Positions 1 through 14,186 of a stretch of 64,000 nucleotides of DNA are shown one piece after another. Origin of the DNA: Psilocybe cubensis. Its lineage: Eukaryota. The stretch lies in NCBI GenBank assembly GCA_017499595.2, contig CM039003.1, forward strand, positions 2,294,001 through 2,358,000. Direction: 5' to 3'. A program made the translations under genes and the position numbers. A model generated the notes under the pieces. The model was given only the letters and a program-made list of their open reading frames with translations. It had not been told where the DNA came from and searched no databases. How positions within the stretch are numbered: position 1 is the stretch's first letter; each line of letters begins with the position of its first letter.

Positions 1-254
1 CCATAGATGCTTGTTTTTTCTGTCCTTCTTGACTCCCCTTTCCTGCACCCTTTCCCCAGGGCGTGTCTCCGTACGTCCGCTGTTGTCTGCTTATTGTCTC
101 ATAACTTCCCTGGTTTTCGCTGTTATCACCGACCTCAGGCATCCCTCAACGTTAGATGTCGTCGGATGTACTGTGTCGCGCGTTTCCGTGTGTTTCTCAA
201 ATTTATGCTTTCATGCCACCTTCAAATCTTTTCTTCAACCATCATACCTCCTTA

Positions 255-847
255 CCGCTTTTTTGTACCTCCCGCAGTCGTTACACATTTTTTAGAGTAC
301 AAACTGCGCAAATACATCTCTTTTCTTTTTGCAGACGCCGCTGCTGATCACAGGGCGGGCGTCGTGCACCATCTACACAACATCGGGTGACCGTGCTTGA
401 GAACATCTGAAAGCGTGATTAGTCGAGTTTAGATAATGTTTATTTACACAAGTCTAATCACGCCGAAGACCCGCTCGTTTCAGGGAGCCTCACCTCTCTG
501 ACCGCTTCCAGTTCAACAAACACCAACATTCAAGGGTGGGCTCCCCCCAGTTGTCGACCCAACATGTACCACCCGACATGAATGTTTGAGCTTTGTCTGA
601 ACAGGAGAACCGCGCTCGCATGCTTTGCAGCCTTTTCTCCGACACGTCTTGTCTCTGCAACAAGAAGTGCATCTCGACGCACCTCAGCATAAAAGACCGC
701 CTGGAGAATCTGGTTCTCGCACTTTTGCGTCCCCCGCTCTCCAGGTAAGCTTTTACTGCTCGAAACTCGCTCGACTTCATCACCGCTGACCTCTGTTTTG
801 CGTCCCCCGCTCTCCAGATCACGGTCACCCGAGTCTCTCTGCTCTCT
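255..847. repeat. 593-bp direct repeat, copy 1
   Basis: 255-847 recurs at 1340-1932 (offset 1085); no differences were seen where compared by eye. It contains an internal repeat TTTTGCGTCCCCCGCTCTCCAG and a 10-bp inverted repeat (413-422/454-463). Confidence 0.93.
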
Positions 848-890
848 ACCTACCATCCATCCCTACAGTCACCACCTCTCTCAAACAATC

Positions 891-1274
891 ATGGCTTTGC
901 CCGCTAGCGCTTACAGTGTCTCTCAAGACACCCGGATGCCCAAGTGCTCACCACGTCCCACATCCGTTCGGGCATCTCCCGCGTTCAGCTACGATTTACC
1001 TACACCCAACAATTCCGTCATACACCGTTACGGGCAGCGCACACCAACAGCGGGCGAACTCCTCGTACTACGCGAAGAACTAGAGGAGCAATTTAGGGAC
1101 ATGCCTGACATGGAGCTATTGGTTTACCTATTCGATTCCGTGTTATCGTGCCACTCAGAGTGGGGTTGGCGCGGTCGTTTCATTCGCCAGTTCTTTTATG
1201 ACCTATTCTACGAAATGCGTCGCCTAGGCTACTCCGAGTACGAATTGCTACGCTCTCTATTCCTGGCGCCCTGA
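891..1274 (+). CDS. orphan intronless ORF (127 aa) between the two direct repeats
   Basis: Good start context (ACAATC ATG); MALPASAYS...LLRSLFLAP with a helical-looking C-terminal half; no family recognised. Confidence 0.4.
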   Translation: MALPASAYSVSQDTRMPKCSPRPTSVRASPAFSYDLPTPNNSVIHRYGQRTPTAGELLVLREELEEQFRDMPDMELLVYLFDSVLSCHSEWGWRGRFIRQFFYDLFYEMRRLGYSEYELLRSLFLAP

Positions 1275-1339
1275 CGTACCCCAGATTTGCATGCGTTTCT
1301 TAGTACACACTGTCCCTTCACGCGTGCTACTCTTTTGTC

Positions 1340-1932
1340 CCGCTTTTTTGTACCTCCCGCAGTCGTTACACATTTTTTAGAGTACAAACTGCGCAAATAC
1401 ATCTCTTTTCTTTTTGCAGACGCCGCTGCTGATCACAGGGCGGGCGTCGTGCACCATCTACACAACATCGGGTGACCGTGCTTGAGAACATCTGAAAGCG
1501 TGATTAGTCGAGTTTAGATAATGTTTATTTACACAAGTCTAATCACGCCGAAGACCCGCTCGTTTCAGGGAGCCTCACCTCTCTGACCGCTTCCAGTTCA
1601 ACAAACACCAACATTCAAGGGTGGGCTCCCCCCAGTTGTCGACCCAACATGTACCACCCGACATGAATGTTTGAGCTTTGTCTGAACAGGAGAACCGCGC
1701 TCGCATGCTTTGCAGCCTTTTCTCCGACACGTCTTGTCTCTGCAACAAGAAGTGCATCTCGACGCACCTCAGCATAAAAGACCGCCTGGAGAATCTGGTT
1801 CTCGCACTTTTGCGTCCCCCGCTCTCCAGGTAAGCTTTTACTGCTCGAAACTCGCTCGACTTCATCACCGCTGACCTCTGTTTTGCGTCCCCCGCTCTCC
1901 AGATCACGGTCACCCGAGTCTCTCTGCTCTCT
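1340..1932. repeat. 593-bp direct repeat, copy 2
   Basis: Matches 255-847. Confidence 0.93.
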
Positions 1933-2168
1933 TCAAGCAGAAACTCAAGATACATGCTACACAGTAAATAGAGTAATTTCCTCATTATCCAGGTTCAAAC
2001 TTGAAAACAACACACAAAGTTCCTCACGTCATACCTCATGCTACTCGAAACTGCTGAGTGAAAACTGAGAGCCTAAAATTGCTTTATAACAAGATTGATT
2101 GCCACTGCAGAACGAATTAACGATATACAAGTGGTAGGAAGAGCAGTGAGGGCGATATACAACATCTC

Positions 2169-2712
2169 TTAGGCAGAGATGGTGACCTCGACCTCGACAC
2201 CGGGCTCCAAGCTGATGCTGGTCTGTGATAAAAATATTGAGAATACAATAGAAAAAGAGAAGCTAAGTGAACGCATACAATCTGCTTGACGATCTCGCTG
2301 GAGGAGTGCAAGTCGATGAGGCGCTTGTGGATCTTCAATTCATAACGATCCCAGGTCTTGGAGCCCTCACCGCAAGGCTGCATTCGAACGAATCAGATGA
2401 CATATATTGACAAGATACAGTGAAATTCAGGCTCACGGTTTTGCGGGTTGTGATCTTGAGGACCTTGGTGGGGAGACGGACGGGACCCTTGACGCGAAGC
2501 TGCTTGTCCTTAGCACGGTTAATGAGGTCAGTAGAGACTACAAAAAAGATCAGCACAACAGCACAAAAACAGCATAGAAAAGACAATGTACACTTCTCAA
2601 GGTTCTTTACGTTGCTGCTCGTGAGGGTGATACGGATTTTGTGAATTTTGGCTCCAGGGACTGGGGCACCTGTAGCGTCGTATTCTTTTTCTCCTTTGGC
2701 GACGTAGCTCAT
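2169..2712 (-). CDS. RPS20: 40S ribosomal protein S20 (uS10), 4 coding exons plus a probable 5'-UTR intron (2741-2796)
   Basis: Spliced product MSYVAKGEK...[20 protein letters not shown]...[41 protein letters not shown]...[13 protein letters not shown], with canonical GT-AG introns. Confidence 0.97.
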
Positions 2713-3241
2713 TTTGAATGCAGATATGAGTCAGCGGTGACTGTTAAATGTTTAGAACAGAAATTTAGTAAAGAAATAGCTCGATTTCGGACTCACCCAA
2801 AGATTGCAAGTTGTGTTGACGAAGAAAGAGGTTTTGGAAAATAAGGTTCAAGGACAATGCCACGTTACGTAACCAGGCACGTGCTCGCGAGCCCATTGTG
2901 CGCTGCCGGAATTCAGTCATTGGGGAATTCTCATTCATCTCCTAGCTTCGTCCTCGCTGTTCCTCCCCCAGCGCGACCGGCCAACCATATTACCGAGAAC
3001 AGACACATACTCTGTAACATTAACGACGGAGACCACACTAACCATATTTTCTTTCATTCAATATCTGTCGTTATACTCTTCTTCCTTGTTCGCGAGTCTC
3101 AAGGCGTTTGAAGGCAATATTTTGTAGGATGTTCTCTTTCACTTGGACCTGAATCTACCAACCAACTAATCTATCCTTATTGCTAATACAAGCTTCTATA
3201 CCTCTATACTCCCCCGCGACGGACGCTGAACGACCTTCGCC

Positions 3242-6200
3242 ATGATGAAAACGCGAAGGAAATCGAAGGCTGCGGCTGCTGAACAGAGTAGCGATGGCCC
3301 AGAAGCACCCCAAACGCTTCACATCGTACTTCCAGATGATGTGGACGAAGATACTCTGACAGATTTATTGCCTGACGTCAATTTGACTGCCTTGTCGACT
3401 GAAGATGTTGTAAATCTATACCGCGCGCTCATCACACAAGCTGTCAACCTCGATGCCACCGAACGGGAGCGCGATGAAGTTAAAGCTGACTTGGAGAGGA
3501 AGGATGTTGAATTGGATCAGGCCTTGCAAGACAAGGAGAGTTCCAGTAAAGACTTGGAGTCGACAGTCGAAAAGATTCAGGAGGAACTTGAGAAGTCCCA
3601 GGCGGAGCGTTCTAAGCTGGGTATGTAATGTCAACAGTCAGACGTGCCCACCATTACTCACCGCCAATCCATTCATTCCCTAGCTGAGGAAAAGATGGAA
3701 TTGGAAAGCCAACTGACCAGATTGTCTACCTCTCAATCATCATCCTCAACCGAGGTTGAAAATCTCAAACGACGAGTAGACGATACTGAGAGAGAGAAAC
3801 GCGAATTAGTGGGAGTGATCAGCCGCTTGAAGGACGAAGGTTCGCAAAGAGATGGTGCGTACGTCAACACGACTTAACTTGCTTTTAGCTGACTTTGTCC
3901 AGAGGAGATACAAGCTCTTCGAGCTAATCTCAAGGAAGCGCGGCAAGAACATCAGTTTTTGGAGGGGCAAGTTCGCGAATTGCGGTCTACGGAGACAGCG
4001 ACTAAGGTATTTTCGCGCATACGTATATTGCATCCCATTGCTAATACTTCTGTAGTTCAAGATCGATTCCCTCACCCAGCAGCTTCAACTGGCGCAAGCA
4101 GAAGCCGAACGAGCTAACAATGAACTGACTGCCAAATCCGAGGAATTTGCTAAGTACAGACGATCTAAACACGCAGAAATCGCGACACTCCAAGCCTCGT
4201 ATGACTCTGCTACTCAATCCCAATCGTCTTTGGAAGCGTCGTTTAAGGCACTACAATCTTCGCATACTAGTCAGGGACACCAACTTTCGCAGGCATTAAA
4301 TAAGGTCCAAACATTGACAGGGCAGTTGGCTGAACAAGAAGCCCGATATTCCAATGAGGCCGATGGACTAAAACGCCTTGTATCGATGATGGAGGAACGG
4401 GAAAAACAGGCGAAAGACATCGTAGAAAGCATTGAGCGCGAATGGGCGACAGTTGGTGAAAAGGCCGAGAAGCGAGAATTCAAGCTTAGGGAAGAGATTG
4501 AAAGGGAAAAGAGGCGCCGAGAGGAAGCTGAGAAACGACTTGAAGAACTGGAAGGCGTTTTGGAGAGAATTGGTCGAGGAGAGCTACCTACTCCTGGCAG
4601 AACTGTCCCTTCCCCGCCTTTCAGAACACCTGGGACCGCAGACATGAGCATTGACGGCATCATGGGTCTCAGTCCTACAGTGGCCATGGCCAGCAGGTCA
4701 CAGCGTAGCGGAAAGACTTTCACTGAAGTCTACGCCGACTATGTGCGTCTACAAGAAGAATATGCAAAGAAGTGTGCTGAAAATGACCACATGGATCGTA
4801 CACTGTCTGCAGTTCTTGCTCAGATAGAGGAGCGGGTGAGTGCAAACGAGTTATTGAACTGAAAAATTCAAACTAATGCATTGTAACAGGCACCTATCCT
4901 TTCTCAACAACGCATTGAATACGAACGCCTCCAGGTCGAAGCATCACAATTGGGATCTCAACTTTCTCAGGCAATTGCAGACCGGGACTCGCAGGCAAAT
5001 CTTGCCCAGGAGCAGACCCAGAAATTGAACAAGCTCACCCGCGAAAACCAGTTGTTTGAAAAGCAACTTGAAGATCTCGGTCGACAAGTCCAGGCTCTTA
5101 CTCGTGAACTTACGCGTCGCGACGACCCTACGATACCTCCAGACGACTACATTGAAAATCTTCCTCCTTCTAGTGAATCTGATACCCAGACGCTCATTAC
5201 GGAAAACCTTGTGGTCTTCCGATCTATATCCCAATTACAGACGCAAAATCAGCGTCTCTTACGGATTGTGAGGGATTTGGGAGAGAAATTGGAAAGCGAG
5301 GAAAGGGATTATCGTGAGGCCATGGAGAAGGAACAGGCAGAAGCCATTCGCGAAGCCCATGAAGCTATGCAAGACTTAGCTGCTCAATTGGAACGGCAAA
5401 AGCAGAGCAGTGAAGGAATTATCCAAGCCTACGTCAAGGAACGAGATACCCTTAAAGCTATGCTTGCTAGGCAAGAGAAAATGACGGGTTCGAGCACTCT
5501 GGCCATCACCAACGGCGATAGTTCGCATCCCCCTGAGACCGAACTTGCAAAAGAGCTGCAAGAAATCCAGAGCCAGTTCGAGGCATACAAAACTGAAACT
5601 GACGTCGATTCTGGACGCCTGCGTGACCAGCTCGCCAATTCGCAGCGTGAAGTAAACTCTTTGGGGGCTTCTCTCGCTAAAGCCAATGCAAAGATCGAAT
5701 ACATTTCAAGTGAAGTTTTGCGTTTTGCGTTTAGTTATTTATTTTACTGACGCTGTCCTCAGGTCGTCTTCGCAATGCCGAGGAACAATTCGAGGTTCAC
5801 AACCGCGAAATCAACGATCTTGGCAAGAGAAATTCTCAATTGCATGAACAAAATATTCGGTTTGACATTGAATGCAACCGTCTCTCGGAGGAGCTTCAAG
5901 ACGCCCTCGGTAGCTTGGAACAATTCCGTAATGAGTGTGCTAATCTTCGCGCAGAGAAAAAAATATGGGAGGTACGTTTCTGGTTCTTCTCATTCACATA
6001 TACGGATCTTACATTTGTTCCAGAGCGTTCAAGGCAGACTCATTGAGGAGAACCGCTCGCTTGCTATGGAACGATCGCACCTATCCGATCTCATGAGCAA
6101 TGTCCAAAAGATGCACAACGACTTGGAAAGGTCTGGTGAAAATGATCGTCGCCGTCTTGAAGGCCAATTGCAGCTATTAGAAAGTCAGACGTAAGTTTTT

Positions 6201-9200
6201 TTTTCGTCAGTGCGTGCTTCTTAAGTTGACAATCTTATTTTGTCCAGTCAAGACCTTCGTGCACAGGTTGTACAAGAACGTGATTCACTCCGCCATTTGA
6301 CACTTCAGAAAGATCTTGAGCTCAAAGAGCTTCAGAATCGCCTTGAGAAAAAGGTTTGTTTAAACTCTTCAATAATTCTGGAAATTTTTTTGAATGTTTT
6401 GTAGTCCCAGGAATGCTCAACTACCCGGGAAAGTCTTGTAGAAGCACAGACAAGCCGCAAGCATCTTGAAGAAAAGGTAGAAGATTTGGCCAAACAACTC
6501 AAAGGAAATGAAGAAAAACTTGCTGTATACGAGCGCCGACCTAGTGCAGCAGGTGCCGCCCAACCTGTGGACCAAGATGCCAGTCGTGAGCAACAGCTTG
6601 AGACGGAAGTCGCAGAACTTCGGTATTTTTTTTACCACCTTCCTGTGTTTTCGAGACTAACTTTTTTTTACTCCAGCGCAACTTTGAAGGTCACTGAAGT
6701 TGACCTTGCAGCGGCTAGGAGTCACAGAGATCAGTATCAAGAAATTAGCCAAGCAAGTGAAGCCGCTTTGGCATCACTGAACTCAACGTTCGACGAATAT
6801 AAAGCATCCTCAGAAGCTCAAATCACTCGTCAAGAGGTAAGTGTTTTTTCTTGTTTTATAACAGTGAGACTCATTTTATGTAGTCTGAAATTAAAGCTCT
6901 GCAAGAAAGATTGGACCAAGCTACTCAAGAACTTGCTACTATTAGGACTCAACTCAATGATGCTCAGAAATCGTTTGAAGCTGAGCGAACTTCATGGATC
7001 AATGACAAGAAGACATTAGAGGACACTATCGTCGATATGAGTACTTCGGAGAAACATTCGGAGAGTGATCGAAACTCCAGGGAGCACGAACTTCGAAACC
7101 TCGAAGATCGAGCTAAAGTGCGTAGATTTCCGTTGAATCTGTTCCTCATTGAAGTCTAAATTTGCCCGAACTTCAGGCTGCTGAAGAGCGATATTCCCAT
7201 GAGATCATTGCACATGCAGAGTCGATGAAAACGATCGAAGGGCTCAAGAAAGAAGTATCGAAGGGTCAAGCCGCTGTTCGCGAGCATATTACTGCTGCCG
7301 AAACTGCTAAGGCCAAACTTGCATCCTCGGAGAATAGCTGGAGGCAACAAAAGGATGCCTTAGATAAAGAAGTTGCTGATTTGAACGCCCGGTGATTATT
7401 CTACCAAATTATAATTTTTCATGCCACTTACCTTGATAATTAGCTGCCAGGACCTTTCACAGCAAAATACGATATTGCATGAACACCTTGAATCTGTCAG
7501 CGCACAGGCGGCTCGTATACGTCAAGCCGCTGATGCTCCTATCGAAACAACAGAAGGCGATACCCCCGTTACTGACAAAAAAGTGTCAGAGTTGATGTCT
7601 GTCCTTACATATCTTCGTAAAGAGAAAGGCATAGTCGATCTTCAACTTGAGATGAGCAAACGCGAGAATGAGGTTCTCAAAAGTCAGATTAATCGTGTCA
7701 CCCAGACTTTGGAGGAGACTCGTGCAACACTTGCCGAGGTAAGGAATTGCTTGTGATTAATGTTGCATTTAGATTCTTTCTGATTTATGTTATACAGGAA
7801 CGGGAGCGAGCAGTTGAAAATACTGCTTCGGCGGCACAGCACGCGGAACTTGTGGAAAGGATCAACCAACTCAACATTCTTCGTGAGAGCAATGCTACTT
7901 TGAGAGCAGAGTGTGAAAGTGCATCGAAGAAGGCCCGCGACCTGGAAACCAAGCTCAATCAACTTTCACAAGAGCTTGAACCGGCCAAAGAGCAAGCGCG
8001 TTCTGCGCAAGCCGAGCTCGAGATTACGAGGGGGCAGATGCAAAGGCTTGAACAGGAGTCAAGGAGATGGCAAGAAAGAAATACACAGCTACTCAGCAAG
8101 GTATTTGGCGATCTTTACTTCGTTAATAGTATTTACTAACCATACCGAAGTATGACCGAATTGACCCTTCTGAAGTTCAGGCACTTAAAGATGAGATCGC
8201 CCAGCTTAAGTCAGCCTCTTCCTCCTCTGACGAGAAGGTCAAGGAGAAAGATGCAGAAATTTTAACCTTGTCCACTAGGGTAAGTAATCATCTTATTGGC
8301 GCAAGAACATATTTAATACTTTAACCTTTAGATTGAAGCATTAGAACAGAACCTACGTGCCCACAGGGACAGTGCCAGCAAGAATACGCAAGCGTTCAGG
8401 GCAAAACTTGGGGAACTTAACCAAGCGAAGTCAGCATTAACGGAAGAGAAACGACAGCTGGAAGCAAAGGTGGCCTCTTTGGAACAAGAATGCAATGTTT
8501 TAAAGACGTCAAAACCCGAGGCTGCTCCAACATCAACCGCTCAGACCGAAGAACTTCAAAAGGCGAATGCTCTCATTGTAAGTGCGATATATTTACACAT
8601 ACTATTCATAGGCTGAAAGTTCTTTTCAGACAACACTGCAGGCGGAACGCGATCGACTGCTTGCCGAAAAAGAGGCGCAGAGCAAAACGCTTACATCTAC
8701 TGATGCTCAAACTCCGGCGGCCAACTGGGAAGCTGAAAAGGCTCAGCTTGTTCAAGCTCGCGATGAAGCTATCGAAAAACTCAAGGTACGTTTTACATTC
8801 TTGGATTAGTGGAAAACTAATTGATCATATATTGTTATAGACCGCCAATGCTGAAGTGCAGAAAGCCAACAATGAAACCAGAAGCATTAAGTTCCAGAAC
8901 GTGAGTTATCGCAATGAATAGCATCATTATACAATACTAAAGGTCGAACCTAGGACAAATTCCAAGCTCGTATTCAAGATCTTATGAAAACTAAAGCTGC
9001 CGACGCTGAGAAACAAGCTGCTCTTGTCTCTGAAGTTGAAAAGGCAAAGGCTGACTTAGCCAGCGGTACAGAATCTTCTGTTCAAGAAGAGCTAAAGAAA
9101 CGCCATGCCGATGAATTGAAAGCGCTGGAAGATCAGCTTAAAGTCAAGCATGAAGCAGAAATGAAAGCTCGGATTGATTCTGCTGTGAAGGAAGCTCTCC

Positions 9201-9976
9201 AGTCACAACCACCGCCCCAGTCTGCTCCTACCGATCCCAAAGACCAACAGGCGGCGATAGATGCTGCTCTTGCTCAGTACAAAAAAGAACTTGAGGCTCA
9301 ACATGCCGCGGAAATCGCTTCCGCTGTTGATCGTGGACGCATGGAGGCGGCAACCAAAGGGAAACTCAAGGACTCTCAATTAGTGAGAGCGCAGAAGAGA
9401 GTCAAAGATCTTGAAGCGCAAATTCAAGAATGGCAAGCTGCTGGAATTGTTTTACCGCAGATCATCGCCACATCTCCTGCTGCCCCACCCCCCGCTGGCG
9501 CTCAAGCGACTCAAACGGTACCTACCGCACCCACGGCGTCGACTTCGGCTGCTACTACGACAGCCCCAGCTACCCAGGCCCCTCCTAATGCTCCTCAGGC
9601 TCGACCAACGCCCGTGGGACCTGCTGCTACTGCGCCTAATCCTCCTGCCAATGCCAACGCTGCCAACCTTCCAAGACGACCTCCGAACCCTGCTATGTCA
9701 GGTGCTTTAGGCGGAAGAGGAGGACCCATTCGTGGCATGGGAAGAGGAGGCCCTCCTCTTGGAGCAGGCCGTGGAGCACCGTTACGAACCGCACCTGTAA
9801 AACCCCAACCTTCTGCACCAATCAGCGGGGGAGTATCTATTATGGGCGCAGCGAAGAGGCCTCGCGAAGAACCAGCTGCAGCGACTGAGGATTCTCTTGC
9901 AAAACGCCTCAAACCAGCAGAACCAGCAGCTCGTGCAAACACTCCTGTCAGGAGGCCACCTGGTGCTGATCAATAA
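3242..9976 (+). CDS. MLP1: nuclear basket nucleoporin TPR/Mlp1-like coiled-coil protein (multi-exon)
   Basis: Very long coiled coil with TPR/Mlp motifs (LSPT...GKTFTEVY, ITENLVVFRSISQLQTQNQRLL, ERYSHEIIAHAE, QNTILHEHLE, LRKEKGIVD, NQLNILRESNATLR) and a Pro/Gly/RGG-rich C-terminus. Confidence 0.92.
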
Positions 9977-11209
9977 TCTTTATTTCTTTCTTGTAACCTG
10001 CAATTGCTGTACTATTCATCATATACTTGCCTTTTCGTGTATCATTCATCATTTTTTTCTAACTTTTTTATATAATGCATTCTCTCGGGCATCCATGTAT
10101 TTACTTTCATCATCCTGCGAAATTTCTCGGAATTCATCCGACCCGCGAGGTTCTGGTGCCATGCATGCGCGAAGTTCTTTTATGTGTTTGCTGTACTCTC
10201 GTAAGTGTGATTGAAGGCTTCGACTGAAGTTGAACGTTTCTTCCGTCAACTTCGTCGCAATCACCGTTTGCCATAGTGCTCTTGCGCCATGTGCTCTGGC
10301 ATTGGATCGCGCACCTGCGTGATTTATCTGCGAATGTAAAGTAGCACCCACATGGCCTGAGGCGCTATTAGTCTTCATTCGTGTGTCTCATGGAGACCTT
10401 TGCGTATTAAGTGGAGCTCGATTTACTCAATACAGTACGCAACACGAACGTTCTGTAAATATACTGCACCGAAATCGTATTCTTATTACATGGATAAAAG
10501 TACTCAATTACGAATAGATAGGGAGGCGTCTATTTTTATTGCCTTGGCAAACGCCGCAAAAAGACACAGCCAGGTGTGTGAGCAACGTCTAGCTAGCTCA
10601 AATCCGCGTGAGAATTCTGTTCGTCTTTTGCTCTGCGCATCCACCATCACCGCGAATAGCTCGCATTTGGAGCACACCACACGAACGGTATAGCTATTCA
10701 TATCCATTTATGCGAGGCTGAGAAACACTGAATAACCAAGGCCTACATATCCACTTTCGAAAGCTCGTTTTTCAGTTTCCCCGAACCCGGCGGCTCCTAA
10801 GCGAACCCAAATTCATTGAACGACCATGCTCATCCGAGTTTCGAGACTCTATGTGCAGCGTAATGGAGCACGCATATGTTCAACGTTAAACTTAGGCAGT
10901 TTGCGCCGATGCCGGTTGATGAGACACTAAAGCCGGACTGCTATGGACTTATCAACCCTTGGTCGCATATGGTTGCCTTATGTACCTCGTTCTCATCTGG
11001 TCTTAGTCACACATGCACCATGCTATCCTGCCCCTTCATGGGGTCTGACTATCTCAGAGCACGGAATAGTTTCCTGGTCATGGTTCCGGAGTTTATATTG
11101 AGGCTTCTCCACATCTGTCCCCTATTTAATCTTTGTCCCACTGGCAATGTAGGGATTGCTATCCGTCTTTGACTACCCCTCCTTTTCCACTGTGTGTACC
11201 TTGTAGGCA

Positions 11210-12964
11210 ATGTCTACTGTCAGTCTTCCGTCATATATCGCTCCCTCTGTACATCGCGCGCCGTCGTACTCTGCCGAGCCCAACCAATACGAGCAGAGAC
11301 TAGCATTCGTTGACCGTCTACGGGCCCGACCATCTAGCGATTTCGTAAAAGAATCCAAAGGGGGTGGAGTGCGCCTACGGTTATCAGCTCAGGACGACAA
11401 CGCTTCACTTCCTGTTTATGGCTTGTCTGACGTGGTGGAAGGCACTGTCGAGCTTACGAAAACCGAGGCTGTAACCTGTGTGGAAGTGAAGGTAAGCATT
11501 TTCTCCTCACCTTCCAGCCGCTCAATAGATTTCTCACCGGTCCAGTTTTGCTATTCTTGCTGCTGTAAAATATAGATTGAAGGTCGGTTAAAGCTAAAAG
11601 AAATTGCTGAGGGTGGTACGGCAATCGCAAAATTGTGCTTGGATACTGCATTGCTTTGGGTTAAAGACCAATCGCGTACCGAATGTCCGACGTCCCTTCA
11701 ATTTGCCTTGGCTCTACCTAGCACTTTTGAGTACGAAGAAAAGACTTATGTGAGTCAAGAATATTATTAGGATGGCTTGAGATTCGACTCACTTTTATAT
11801 AGCCTCTGCCTCCTACCTTTGGAGTAAAACTGTCGGGTCTACCGGGATTTGTGGCTACAATTGATGTGAGTCTGGTTAAAGCCATTTTGAATACGACACA
11901 ATCCCTAACCTACCTTTTAGTACACTGTAACGGCAATTGTCGAAAAACCAAATGGTGCTCCTGTCAAGTTGAAATCGAAAGCTCTGGGGATTCATGTAGG
12001 AACGACGTACGTTCAAGATGAGGCAAGAATATCGATTCCAATGATAAACTGACAGATATATTCAGGCATGTTACAACTCCCTTTGTCTACTTCCCACGAA
12101 GTCGTCCCGCTTCTCCGATACCACATCCACTTCAGTATACACCAAATGGGTTTGTTAATACACCAGATTGGAAGCTATTCGAGTCCGTGCTGTATTCTAA
12201 ATCCCCTGCCCGGCCAAACATCAACGTAAAATTCTACATTCCTGCAGCACGTGTGTTTTGCATGACCAAATCAATCCCTTTCCATCTTTCACTCGAGTCT
12301 TCTTCCGTTTCCCTTGCTGCGTTTCTACCTCTTAGCCCGAGTGCGAACACGATTGGACGCAAAGCCACGCGTGTGCAATTGATGAGACAAACAACGGTCG
12401 ACGTCCGGTAAGTTATTTAAGTGTATACTGATATCCGCAGTCGGTTTCCAATTACTCATGCGAACTCCTCATCGCCTTCAGGAACACAGTCATTGCTGGT
12501 GTGAAGACAGACATGTGGAGAGTTGACTGCATTGGGGAAGGGATATTTAAACACGCGGTGGTACGTTAATTATGAAGTATCCACATTCATTGTGTATAAC
12601 TGTGCTAACCATTCAAATTTTATGCTTTACAGGGGGATGCACCAACGTGTATATCGTACAGCGGGGAAATCCCCCTGACAGGTGATGATATCAAAGTCCC
12701 GGGATTCAAAGCGGCCGGTCTCAGTGTCAAGGTAATTCCTCCCATATTTTTAAACTAGCACGAGCTAATTTTTATTCATCTTAGGATTGTGTGCTCTTGA
12801 CTATGAACCCAACTGACCCATCAAAATCGCCCTTCTCTGAAATACGAGAGGTCATCCCTGTTCGACTCTCTACAGATCCTTGGATGGCCAACGGGTCTGG
12901 TCTCGGAGCTCGGCGAGAATCATTACTCCAACCCCCGACACCGCCAACACCATCTTCTGACTAA
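11210..12964 (+). CDS. arrestin-like domain protein (Agaricomycete family), multi-exon
   Basis: LPVYG...VEGTVEL...VEVKIEGRL, FALALPSTF, YPLPPTF, IDYTVTA arrestin-N-like strands; the exons splice in frame to TAA at 12964. Confidence 0.75.
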
Positions 12965-13184
12965 CGGTTTCTGGGATATCTTGGAGTTTTATGCTACCTT
13001 TGGTGCAGTAGCATTTTACCTTTTGCACCAACGGCTGCGGGGTATGGGGTCAGTGACGTCATAAGCAATTATATTCCATGACATCATTGGTGTATTTACT
13101 TGGTATTGCATTGTACAATAGTTATATAAAATGGTATCAAAGTCATTGGTTGCTCTAACAATCGCTGTAAGCCTCAACTGAATC

Positions 13185-13688
13185 ATGTCACTCTCAAACA
13201 ACGTAAACCTGAATAGCTCTACACCGGAGCCTTTCGAGGTTGCACAACTTCCTTCAAAGACGGCCGCACCGACAAAGGTCAACACTTTACCACAACAGGG
13301 TAAGCTCCCCAAGTTCAGCGGTACAGTCATCGTCCTAAGAAAAAAGAAAACAAAACAAAAAAGGTTCTACTAGTCCCGGTGATGGCAAGGAATTTAATTC
13401 ACAACCAACTGGCGCAACAGACCAAGTGCCTTTCAAGGAACGAGTTATTGGTGTTGCTCAGGTAAGATTTAAATTTAATGCCACACGATGAGTTGGAAGT
13501 TGTCTGACAGTGAATGATTTAATATCAACACAATAGAAAACCCGGGGAACGGTATGTAAAATCATAAGCACAAACCAGATATGATATTGATTATGGCTTA
13601 GCTTCTAGGAAACCAAGGGTTAAAAGAACACGGAGAAAAGATCCTTGAAGGCAAAACTACGCACGAGCAAGATCGTGGATACCCTTGA
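13185..13688 (+). CDS. small hydrophilic uncharacterised protein (4 exons)
   Basis: Splices to MSLSNNV...VPFKERVIGVAQKTRGTLLGNQGLKEHGEKILEGKTTHEQDRGYP*; the first intron requires an AAG acceptor at about 13363. Confidence 0.65.
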
Positions 13689-14186
13689 AAATGTACGTTT
13701 GACTGCGTATACCGCGGATAATGTAAGACATTCATACTTCTTTTCTCTAGATGACCTTGTTTATCCTCTGCGAATCTAGTATTCGTTTGTTCTAGCTATG
13801 TCTTGAACAATTACGGGACACCACTGTACATAATTGGAATGTATATTATATACTCGAACACGTTCAACATGGGACTTTATTTCTATTCAAACGTGATTTT
13901 ACGTCAAGTAGATGCTAAAACCTTAAGTTAAATGTTAGTGGGAGCCTCGTTCTCGTTTGTGGCGTAACAGACTCAGGGCCGATAAGATAAGATCTTCACA
14001 ATACATTTTCTCGGATCAGATACCGTAATCAATGTCAAAAATTTTGTCGAGGTGTCGAGACAAACCTCCGTTCGATCACTTTTTCGTCACTTGTGTTCAA
14101 CAGGCTTCGTCGCTCCATTCCTATTCTCTTGCTCTGTCAAACTCAAACGAAGGACCAACTGGGACTATCCGGGATACGATTCTGCT

